DNA of 64,000 bases from Pirellulales bacterium (lineage in GTDB: Bacteria; Planctomycetota; Planctomycetia; Pirellulales; JAEUIK01). The position numbers and the translations under genes were made by a program. Location of the stretch: assembly GCA_050184475.1 (NCBI GenBank), contig JBFXAH010000022.1:44517-108516 (forward strand). The letters run 5' to 3'. The stretch's first letter is position 1; each line of letters starts with the position of its first letter. The notes beneath the pieces are model-generated. The model had not been told where the DNA came from. It saw nothing but the letters and a program-made list of their open reading frames with translations, and ran no database searches. Positions 57,653-64,000 of this stretch are shown one piece after another.

Positions 57653-57915
57653 TGCGGGGTGCGATGCGCGTCGTAGTCGTTGTAGGCGTCCAGCGCCGGG
57701 TCGTCCCAGCCGGCGGCCAGGGCCGCCCGCTCTTGGGCAGCGTAGGTCTCTCGAATGTCCAAGACACCCGACGACACCACGGCCTGCAGGCGCGCGTAGA
57801 CATCTTCGGGCACCAGCACGTAGCGGCGCTGCGTGGTGTCGTCAACCACAACGACCGGGCATTCCGGAGCGTCATTGATCGCCAGCCGTTGTTCATCGCT
57901 AAGCTTGGGAGTCAT
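57649..57915 (-). CDS. Putative antitoxin (88 aa)
   Basis: Small acidic ORF immediately upstream of the MazF-like gene and overlapping it by 4 nt. The family itself was not recognised. Confidence 0.6.
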   Translation of the reverse strand: MTPKLSDEQRLAINDAPECPVVVVDDTTQRRYVLVPEDVYARLQAVVSSGVLDIRETYAAQERAALAAGWDDPALDAYNDYDAHRTPQ

Positions 57916-58012
57916 AGGAACAGCCTATCCCCGCGCTAATACTCGGTCAAAACACTGCCCCGCTACGACGCCGTGATCGTCCGCGGTGTGAGGGCGACTG
58001 GTTATCGAAGGC

Positions 58013-58720
58013 CTAATTACAACTGAAATCGGGGGGAAACTTGCCGCGGTCCGCCGCCCGATCGGCCGGGGCCGCGACCATCGCCCGCAGTTCGTCCAGC
58101 AGCAGACGTGCGCGACAATCGACGTTGGCCTCGGCCAAGAGCCGCTGCTTGACGTCGAGCGGCAGTTCAAGCGTGTAGGCCGCCAGGTCGGTCAACATCC
58201 CCAGCGAAACGTCGGCCCGCAGCAGGTGCTCTAGCTGATCGATCCCTTCGGGGAGCCGCGGCAGGGCATGCTTGAAGGCCTGCATCAAGTCGCGCTGCAA
58301 ACGAGGTCGTTGCGAAGTCGCCTCGAGCGGATAGACGTCTTCGCGAACCTGCACCTCGGCCTCGCGAAAGGGCTTGGTCGGCGGCAGCTCTTTGACCAGC
58401 GTCACGCGCTTCAAACCTTGCAGCAACAGGTTGTAACGGCCGTCGGCCAGGCGATGGTACGTGGCCACGCGCCCCAGACAGGCGACCGGATGCAAGGCCG
58501 GGCGCTGGTCGTACTGCGCCTCCCAGCCGGGCGCCAGCAGGGCCATCGCGATCAAGCGATCGGCGGCCAGCGCGTCTTCGAGCATCAAGCGGTACCGCGG
58601 CTCGAAAATGTGCAACGGCTGCAGCACGTGCGGAAAGAGGACCAAGTTGGGCAGCGGAAAGAGCCTCGTCTGCCCGGCGAAGGCGCTGGCGTCGAAACCC
58701 ATGATTTCAAATTCAGACAT
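58013..58720 (-). CDS. LON N-terminal (substrate-binding) domain protein
   Basis: RLFPLPNLVLFPHVLQPLHIFEPRYRLMLEDAL. 235 aa with no ATPase or protease domains. Confidence 0.85.
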   Translation of the reverse strand: MSEFEIMGFDASAFAGQTRLFPLPNLVLFPHVLQPLHIFEPRYRLMLEDALAADRLIAMALLAPGWEAQYDQRPALHPVACLGRVATYHRLADGRYNLLLQGLKRVTLVKELPPTKPFREAEVQVREDVYPLEATSQRPRLQRDLMQAFKHALPRLPEGIDQLEHLLRADVSLGMLTDLAAYTLELPLDVKQRLLAEANVDCRARLLLDELRAMVAAPADRAADRGKFPPDFSCN

Positions 58721-58759
58721 GGCGCACGGTCAGGCGTTCGGGTCTACGTGGTTTGCTGA

Positions 58760-59161
58760 CTACTCGCCCGCGGCGCTAGCCGGCGGATCGAGGTGGATTT
58801 CGGGTATCAGTTCTGGGTCGATTTCGAGGTTGGGAAAGTCCTCGGTCGACTCCATCACCGTGGCGAAGCAGCGATCGAGCTCGGCGAGGAATTTCTCCAG
58901 ATCGAGCCCCTGGTACTTGGGACGGAACTCGTCGAGGTACGTGCGGCAGCCCACGTTCAGCTTGCGTGCCCCGCGAATGTTGCCGTTGCCAAAGTGGTGC
59001 AGAGCGACGGCGGCCTGAATCAGCCCCTGATAGAAGCGCCGCGACGGACCGAACTCGTCGGTCCACAGCTCTTCCCACACCTCGTGGCTTTCGAAAAAGT
59101 CACAAACGTTGAAATGCTCGATGCCTTGCAGGTAGAGCGGGTTGTAGTCGGTCGTGGGCAT
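58760..59161 (-). CDS. DUF309 domain protein
   Basis: YLQGIEHFNVCDFFESHEVWEELW...RFYQGLIQAAVALHHFGNGNIRGARKL. ATG at 59161. Confidence 0.8.
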   Translation of the reverse strand: MPTTDYNPLYLQGIEHFNVCDFFESHEVWEELWTDEFGPSRRFYQGLIQAAVALHHFGNGNIRGARKLNVGCRTYLDEFRPKYQGLDLEKFLAELDRCFATVMESTEDFPNLEIDPELIPEIHLDPPASAAGE

Positions 59162-59345
59162 CGTGGGGGGGGAATCTGGGGCGACATCTGTCCTTGGGGA
59201 GTGGTCCAAACAAGCAGCACTCAATTCTATCGTGTCGCCGGCCGATGACGTCCGGCGCGGGCCGAGTTTTTCCCGTAACAACCGACGGCGGTTTTCGCCA
59301 GGCAAGGTAGCCGGGGCATCGAAACCTCCCGCCGACTGGGCACTC

Positions 59346-60083
59346 ATGTTGACACTTTTGGCCTTTGTGGCCTGTGGAGCCGCTGGCTCCCGCTGCTGGC
59401 GACCGCTGCGCGAGTTTTTCGCCCGACTGGGCAAGGCCGCGGCCTCCGCCGCGTATCAACGACTGACTGCGGGAAATGCACCACGACCATCTGCGTTCGC
59501 GGGGGCTCTGATGCTGGGAGTCGGGATTCCCCATCTAGACGCGACACCGGCCGCCATGCTCGTCGCGGCAGCCGCCGTCGTCGCAGCGACCGTCGCTCGT
59601 CGGGCCATCGGTCGCCGCCGGCAGGTTCCGCTACGACTGTTGGGCGTGTTGCGGCAAACCCGCTCACCAGACTCTCGCGAGCAGGCGTCCACCACCCGGC
59701 ATCGCGAACAACCAGTTTCGCGCATCAATGGCGCGATCTATTTCGAGGCGCTCGTGCCGGTCACCGCCGCCGCAGGCGTTGAGGTGGGCATGCTCGCCAG
59801 CATCAAGCCATTACGGGGCCAGCGATGCGACCGGCATACGCTGCCAGGAAAGATCGTGGCCAGCGACGAGCCGAGCGCCACGCAAGGCTACGCCCCGCAA
59901 GCGGGCGCGCGGATCGTGCGGATCGAGCTCGATGCCACGACCGCGCAAGAGTTGGGCGACCTGCGGCTGGGAACTCCGGCCTTGGCCGAAATCGCCACGG
60001 CGCCCGTCGAGTTCTCGACCGACAGCACGACGCTCGAGTGGCCGGCGACCTCGGCGGAGATTTTGTCGACGAGCGACGCCTAG
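59346..60083 (+). CDS. Hypothetical membrane-anchored protein; the C-terminus resembles a HlyD-type beta-barrel
   Basis: ATG at 59346 (MLTLLAFVACG...). C-terminal region GKIVASDEP...YAPQAGARIVRIELDATTAQELGDLRLGTPALAEIAT. Weak call and start uncertain. Confidence 0.4.
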   Translation: MLTLLAFVACGAAGSRCWRPLREFFARLGKAAASAAYQRLTAGNAPRPSAFAGALMLGVGIPHLDATPAAMLVAAAAVVAATVARRAIGRRRQVPLRLLGVLRQTRSPDSREQASTTRHREQPVSRINGAIYFEALVPVTAAAGVEVGMLASIKPLRGQRCDRHTLPGKIVASDEPSATQGYAPQAGARIVRIELDATTAQELGDLRLGTPALAEIATAPVEFSTDSTTLEWPATSAEILSTSDA

Positions 60084-60209
60084 CGCCTGTCCAGTCCGCG
60101 TCCCCGCGCAAAGCTTATCTCGCAAAACAACACGAGCCGTGCGCTCGTCAGTTGGCCTGATCGAGACGACGGCTCGCGCCATGAATTGCAGGCCAGAAAA
60201 CCGGGCCGA

Positions 60210-60683
60210 CTACCAGCGGCGCCACCAGGCGCGGCGCGGCACGTAGTACAGACCTGGCGAGTAGTAGTACGAGGTCACCGGCGTGTAGTAGCTGACGCTC
60301 GGCGCGTAATACGTCACCGTCGGCGCCGGAGCGTAGTACGTGGTGACCGGGGTCGCGACCGGGGCGTAATACGTCGTCGTCGGCACGCTCGTCGAGTAAT
60401 AGGTGGTCGTTGCCGGAGCGTAATACGTCGTGGTCGTCGGCGCGTAGTAGGTCGTCGTACTCGGCGCGTAGTAAGTCGTGGTCGCCGGCGCGTAATACGT
60501 CGTGGTCACAGGCGCCTCGTAAACGACCGGCGCCGTGCTCCGGTAATAGGTCCAGTACGGAGCATACGACGTCGAGTACACTTCGACCGGCGCAACCACG
60601 GCATCCGGCCACGCCTGCGCGCTCGGCGTCACCGCGAAAGTAGTTGCCACCAGCACGCACGTCATCACAAGCAGTCTGTTCAT
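60210..60683 (-). CDS. Secreted Tyr/Thr-rich repeat protein (xTTTYYAP octad repeats)
   Basis: Signal peptide MNRLLVMTCVLVATTFAVTPSAQA. There are 7 YYAP motifs plus YYST, YYTP, YYYSP and YYVP variants. C-terminus RRAWWRRW. Confidence 0.6.
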   Translation of the reverse strand: MNRLLVMTCVLVATTFAVTPSAQAWPDAVVAPVEVYSTSYAPYWTYYRSTAPVVYEAPVTTTYYAPATTTYYAPSTTTYYAPTTTTYYAPATTTYYSTSVPTTTYYAPVATPVTTYYAPAPTVTYYAPSVSYYTPVTSYYYSPGLYYVPRRAWWRRW

Positions 60684-60819
60684 TGCAGCACCATTGAGAA
60701 TGTCTTGACTGCCGCCGATCGCGGGTAGCGGCGCCTTGTTCGATTGGCGGTGAGGGTCGAACAACCGTTATTCTCTCGCGCCGTCGCTTAGACGAACGTA
60801 GCTTTTTTCTAAAGTCGGC

Positions 60820-61626
60820 TCAAGCAGCGGGGGAGATTTGTCCGACGAGCTTGACCAGAAACCGCGCCAATCGGTCTGCCTGCACCAATCCTTCCGACCG
60901 CAATCGAACCATCTCTCGCAGCCTGCCGGGCCGCCGCCAAAGCGCCCCAAGCACCACCCCTGCTTTACCGGCAAATCCTTTGCGACGCGTCATCTCGTCG
61001 ACAAACCCCGGCAACGCTTCGTCGGCCCCGTCGCTGATCACCCGCACCGCCAGAAACGGCACCTTCGCTTGCCGGCAGGCTTCGGCCACGGCCCACGATT
61101 CCATGTCGACGGCCAACGCGTCGTGCGCGCGCCCCAGCGCCAGCTTGTCGGCGGGCAGGCAGACAAGCCCGTCGACGGTCACGATCCCGCCCACGTGCAC
61201 GCGCGGGCGCGCAGCGGGCGATTGCTCGAACCGCACGTCGACCACCATCCGCTCGCCCGACGCCAGGCCGACCCGGTTGGCCAGCACGATGTCGCCGCGC
61301 CGCACGTCGGGGTGCAGCCCGCCGGAGAAGCCGGCCGAGATCACCAGCCCCGGTCGATGCCCGGCCAGCAGATGCTCGGCGCCGCGCCGCGCGGCCGCTT
61401 GCCCCATGCCGGTGCGCACCAGCGCGATTCGCTGCTCGGCGAGCCGACCGATCCGCACCCGGGCCCCGGCCCCCTGCAAGACCGTGCTCTGCGCGAGTTG
61501 GTCTTCGAAGAAACCCGACTCGATTCCCAAGGCGAAGACCAGGCCGACGTCGCAACCGGTGACGCGGGGCGGGGCAGCCGGCCGGCCGGTTTCGTGGCGC
61601 ACGTCGGAGTTGGGTTGCGAGGTCAT
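60820..61626 (-). CDS. Nucleoside phosphorylase-family protein (MTA/SAH nucleosidase / MqnB / HpnG-like)
   Basis: VGLVFALGIESGF...VRTGMGQAAARRGAEHLL...VISAGFSGGL...AVDMESWAVAEAC...FLAVRVISD. Confidence 0.8.
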   Translation of the reverse strand: MTSQPNSDVRHETGRPAAPPRVTGCDVGLVFALGIESGFFEDQLAQSTVLQGAGARVRIGRLAEQRIALVRTGMGQAAARRGAEHLLAGHRPGLVISAGFSGGLHPDVRRGDIVLANRVGLASGERMVVDVRFEQSPAARPRVHVGGIVTVDGLVCLPADKLALGRAHDALAVDMESWAVAEACRQAKVPFLAVRVISDGADEALPGFVDEMTRRKGFAGKAGVVLGALWRRPGRLREMVRLRSEGLVQADRLARFLVKLVGQISPAA

Positions 61627-61628
61627 CT

Positions 61629-61733
61629 GGGGAACAGGGTTCAGAGTTTAGGGGTCAGGGATCAGGAGACAGAGGTCAGTGGCCAGGGATCAGACTCGGT
61701 GAGGATGAGGGGTCAGGGATCAGAGGTCAGGGG
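61629..61733 (+). repeat. G-rich GGGGTCAGGGATCAG repeats abutting the start codon of the nucleosidase-family gene
   Basis: GGGGTCAGGGATCAG at 61651-61665 and 61709-61723. Further GGG/GGGG runs at 61629, 61637, 61685 and 61730. Confidence 0.85.
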
Positions 61734-61735
61734 CT

Positions 61736-61880
61736 AGTAAACAAGGCGCAGTGCTCGGGGGTCGAAACCGTCGGGGACTGTCCCGATTTTGAGAGGTACC
61801 CCGAGCAAAATGGGACTGTCCCCCTGCTTTGGACGGTTTTAAACTGCTTCGAGTAAACAGCGCGCATTGCTCAGGGGTCG
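61736..61880. repeat. Composite element: ~29-bp direct repeats flanking an imperfect palindrome with a GGGACTGTCCC core
   Basis: AGTAAACAAGGCGCAGTGCTCGGGGGTCG (61736-61764) versus AGTAAACAGCGCGCATTGCTCAGGGGTCG (61852-61880). Arms GGGGACTGTCCCGATTTTG (61773-61791) and CAAAATGGGACTGTCCCC (61806-61823). Outer arms GAAACCGTC / GACGGTTTT. Confidence 0.8.
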
Positions 61881-62392
61881 TGTGAATGGCGATAGGAGAT
61901 ATCAGGGAGCTTAGCCGAAGCGTGGCGGCGCTCGAAGGGATCTACGCCCCCTGTCTCTCTGCAGGGCCGTGATTTTGCGTTCCGCCCCCCCCCGGGGCAC
62001 GCGGTACCCGGCAGGCATTCGGTAGCTGCGCGGTAACTCCCCCGAATCGAAGGCGATCCGACTAGGGCTTCGTCAACCCTAAGAATCAGGGTTGATGAAG
62101 CACGACCGCCGGGTGCCACTGCTGGCTTGCCTGGCTTGCTTAGCAGTACCCCTCTTGCCGCGATGCTTCCAACACCAGCCCGAAGCGCAGCGAGGGAGAG
62201 TTGTCGCGGCCCAACCCAACCGCCGGGTGCCACTGAGCGGCCGCCGCCGCAGGGCAATAAACTGAGAACCGAACGGTGTTCGGGACCGCTCTTGGATATC
62301 GGAGGCTCCGGGCACAAGGTGACGACGACCTGTAGAATTGTCGCCGGCGGAAACCTGGCCACCGTTCTGCCGGATCACCGGAACTTGCCACC

Positions 62393-62884
62393 ATGTCACA
62401 CGAAACAACGCTTATCTACTCTGAGCCGCTGCTCAAGAAAGCTGTGCTTTGCTTCTGGCGTCGCAGTTTCGGAGCGGGATTTGGCGTGGTTTTAGTGTTG
62501 ATTGCAATTCTTCTTGCGTTTCTGGTTGCACGAGGTGACGCGTCGTGGATGGTTGGGGTTCTTGGTTCGGTTCTGGCACTTGCGATTGCGATGGCGGTCG
62601 CCGTCTATGTCATCCACTATCGCAATGCCATCAGCAAGTTTCGCGAAATGGGCGATGCCAAGGCAATATTTCGCGCTGAGGAGTCTTCCTTCACCATGAC
62701 CTCTAGCATTGGCACTTCGAGTTTTCGTTGGTCCGCAACCAAAGAGATTTGGCAATTCCCGGACGTCTGGCTCCTGCTGTTTTCCAAAGCTCAGTTCGTC
62801 ACACTCCCGACCGCGTGCCTTCCTCTTGAAATGCAATCGTTCATCGTGCAACAGGTTCGATCGTCGGGTGGGAAGATTCGCTGA
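62393..62884 (+). CDS. Small membrane protein (YcxB-like by recollection)
   Basis: 163 aa with two adjacent TM helices, then a soluble domain ending QFVTLPTACLPLEMQSFIVQQV. G+C is lower than in the flanks. Confidence 0.45.
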   Translation: MSHETTLIYSEPLLKKAVLCFWRRSFGAGFGVVLVLIAILLAFLVARGDASWMVGVLGSVLALAIAMAVAVYVIHYRNAISKFREMGDAKAIFRAEESSFTMTSSIGTSSFRWSATKEIWQFPDVWLLLFSKAQFVTLPTACLPLEMQSFIVQQVRSSGGKIR

Positions 62885-63221
62885 TGAGTGGCGGTAGGGT
62901 ACGCACTCCGTGCGTACCACGATCGGGAACTTTAATTTCACTGCGCGAGCACCGGTTGCACGCACCAGCGACCTAATCCGGTACGCACCTGGCATACTCC
63001 GCGCGTGACTCGCCGGCATTGTCGAAATCTACGAGACGCGCACCCCTTCGACAGAATCACCCGCTGTGTGACCGCTCACGCGTGCGCGGCGGAGCGCTCG
63101 TTTCCGCCGCCAGCGGCGGGTTGCCTAGTTCGTAGTCGGGCAGCTCGAAATCGTCTTGCGGATCGCCCACGAAGTAGCGGGCCAGCGGCCCCAGGCCCAA
63201 GAGCTTCGTCACCTGGCTATT

Positions 63222-63385
63222 CGAGTTCGGGTGCACCCGGTCGCAAGATACTGAGCGGCGCACAGGCCCCAAGCTGTGCGGTCAATTCGAGTTCAGGTGC
63301 AATATTCAAGACACCGGGTCGCAAAGTGCTGAGCGGCGCACAGGCCCCGAGCTGTGCGGTCAATTCTGAGTTCGGGTGCAATACC
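63222..63385 (-). repeat. Tandem 66-80-bp repeats carrying degenerate TTGCGACC motifs and a conserved hairpin
   Basis: GAGTTC(G/A)GGTGCA...CTGAGCGGCGCACAGGCCCC(A/G)AGCTGTGCGGTCAATTC starts at 63223, 63289 and 63368. Stem CGCACAG/CTGTGCG at 63259-63265 / 63274-63280. Confidence 0.85.
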
Positions 63386-63392
63386 TAAGACA

Positions 63393-63532
63393 CCCGGACG
63401 CAAACTGCCGACCCGGACGCAAACCGGACGATCACCCGGACGCAAAACTGCGCCGGTGTTACACGACCCAAGTTGTGCCGTCTAATCGATTTACGGTCCA
63501 ATATCAGGACACCCGGACGCACCCGGACGCAA
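63393..63532 (-). repeat. TTGCGTCC-array element, unit C (inverted orientation; unit-specific triplet GGG)
   Basis: CCCGGACGCAA, the reverse complement of TTGCGTCC-GGG, at 63393-403, 63412-422, 63435-445 and 63522-532. Partials at 63424-430 and 63512-520. Order and spacing mirror units A and B. Confidence 0.9.
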
Positions 63533-63618
63533 AATTACGGAGCTTCTTATGTCGTGGGGGGGTGTGAGTGAGGGGAGAAGTAGTGAGGGGAGAGTCGAGA
63601 GGAGTAAGGAGAGAAGTC

Positions 63619-63644
63619 GGGGATCAGGGGCTAGGGATCAGGGG
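63619..63644 (+). repeat. G-quadruplex-type tract GGGGATCAGGGGCTAGGGATCAGGGG, followed by C-rich CCCCTGGCCT repeats
   Basis: G-runs at 63619-22, 63627-30, 63634-36 and 63641-44. CTGGCCTGTC(A/G)CCCCTGGCCT repeats lie at about 63661-63725. Confidence 0.85.
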
Positions 63645-63728
63645 CGGATCATCACCCATAGACTACGGCCTCTGGCCTGTCACCCCTGGCCTCTGGCCGC
63701 TGGCCTGTCGCCCCTGGCCTGTCGCCTG

Positions 63729-64000
63729 CTACTCGTATTTCAGTGCCTGCACCAGCGGCTGGCGCGACATGCGGCGGGCTGGCAGCGCCGCGGCCGCCAG
63801 CGATACGACCACCGCCGCCGCCGCGCAGCCGACGACAAACGGCACGTCGATCGCAAAGGGGACTTGTCGTCCGAGGATCGCCTTGGTGCTGGCGTTCATC
63901 AGCCAGGCTAGCGCGCAGCCGACCGCGACTCCCGGCAGCACGCTCGCCATGGCCAGCGTGACTGCCTGGCCGAAGACCATCTTGCGGACCTGCCGGCGGA
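63729..64000 (-). CDS. FtsX-like ABC transporter permease, C-terminal part (gene continues past the right edge)
   Basis: ...VFGQAVTLAMASVLPGVAVG...VVSLAAAALPARRMSRQPLVQALKYE*. The frame is open up to position 64000. Confidence 0.75.
   Translation of the reverse strand, partial: RRQVRKMVFGQAVTLAMASVLPGVAVGCALAWLMNASTKAILGRQVPFAIDVPFVVGCAAAAVVVSLAAAALPARRMSRQPLVQALKYE

Noticed and set aside
57537-57896. 119-aa minus-strand ORF overlapping the TA locus.
   Set aside because: It is the third, non-homologous frame across the antitoxin and toxin genes (Arg/Thr/Pro-rich). The MazF-like signal is accounted for by the two other frames joined at the A7 run.
59154-59345. The first 64 codons of ORF 59154..60083.
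   Set aside because: This part overlaps the start of the DUF309 gene on the other strand and is Gly/Ser/Arg junk. The first plausible start is ATG 59346, and even that gene is only a weak call.
62106-62235. Cobalamin riboswitch, suggested by the GCCACTG string in the repeated 16-mer.
   Set aside because: The other conserved elements of the B12 riboswitch (GGGAA/GGTG...CC core, B12 box AGxCxGGAGACCTGCC) are not present around either copy.
62236-62262. tmRNA-like tag reading frame (GCGGCCGCCGCCGCAGGGCAATAA, i.e. AAAAAGQ*).
   Set aside because: There is no tRNA-like 5' GGGG.../3' T-arm-CCA structure nearby, and the tag would not end in the usual hydrophobic residues. This is most likely coincidence.
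61871-62362. 163-aa minus-strand ORF in the 61.6-62.4 kb gap.
   Set aside because: The translation is Gly/Pro/Arg/Ser-rich with no motifs. There is no RBS, and the ORF spans repeat elements. It is treated as non-coding.
63057-63272. 71-aa minus-strand ORF (…GPLARYFVGDPQDDFELPDYELGNPPLAAE…) with gene-like third-position G/C bias.
   Set aside because: It might be a remnant of a decayed gene. However, its 5' part runs into the tandem repeats, there is no RBS or recognisable family, and it is too short to support a call.
50243-63532. Inverted TTGCGTCC arrays as the two ends of a ~13-kb transposon or integrated element.
   Set aside because: The intervening genes are ordinary chromosomal genes: moaD, GlcD/F-type oxidase, folE, a LON-N domain protein, DUF309 and a nucleosidase-family gene. 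There is no transposase, integrase, Rep or phage gene. G+C looks native, and the left side carries two tandem units rather than one end.
1-64000. tRNA, rRNA, RNase P, SRP RNA and tmRNA genes.
   Set aside because: I scanned the intergenic regions by eye for T-arm (GGTTCGAATCC-like), RNase P (GAGGAAAGTCC) and SRP (GGAAGGAAGCAGCC-like) signatures and found none. A tRNAscan/Infernal run is still needed to be certain.

Overview
High-GC chromosomal segment with Planctomycetota-like content (PEP-CTERM proteins, sulfatase, ECF sigma, HExxH secreted protein); the taxonomic call is an inference from gene content only. The window opens on the replication-origin cluster on the minus strand: gyrB, a DUF721/DciA-like gene, dnaN, a 528-bp candidate oriC, then dnaA. 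Most of the rest is housekeeping: cysteine desulfurase, scpB, ftsH, proS, rnr, arfB, folE, moaD, fabG-like SDR, Ca2+/H+ antiporter and a GlcD/GlcF-type oxidase. Interspersed are a periplasmic-glycosylation-type module next to two PEP-CTERM proteins, an ECF sigma pair, a MazF-type TA locus whose toxin is broken in an A7 run, and a few low-GC orphan genes. I recognised no rRNA, tRNA, CRISPR array, transposase, integrase or known defence system by eye. The most unusual structure is non-coding. Two convergent intergenic regions (50.16-51.54 kb and 62.9-63.73 kb) are packed with repeats. They include three copies of a ~135-bp element built from 5-6 phased copies of the octamer TTGCGTCC, and the 3 nt after the octamer differ between units but are uniform within each unit (CGA / AAN / GGG). 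This concerted pattern suggests iteron-, centromere- or sponge-RNA-like function rather than drift. Other leads are a 126-aa protein whose last 84 residues include 75 Asp/Glu, sitting beside scpB, and a K/A/P-rich Rho_N/DUF4912 protein co-oriented with a minimal SET-domain methyltransferase. There is also a truncated kinase-like gene in a low-GC islet, a secreted TTTYYAP-repeat protein, and a 57-aa basic ORF absent from the ORF track. Many long ORFs in the track are antisense or out-of-frame artefacts typical of high-GC DNA and were rejected.
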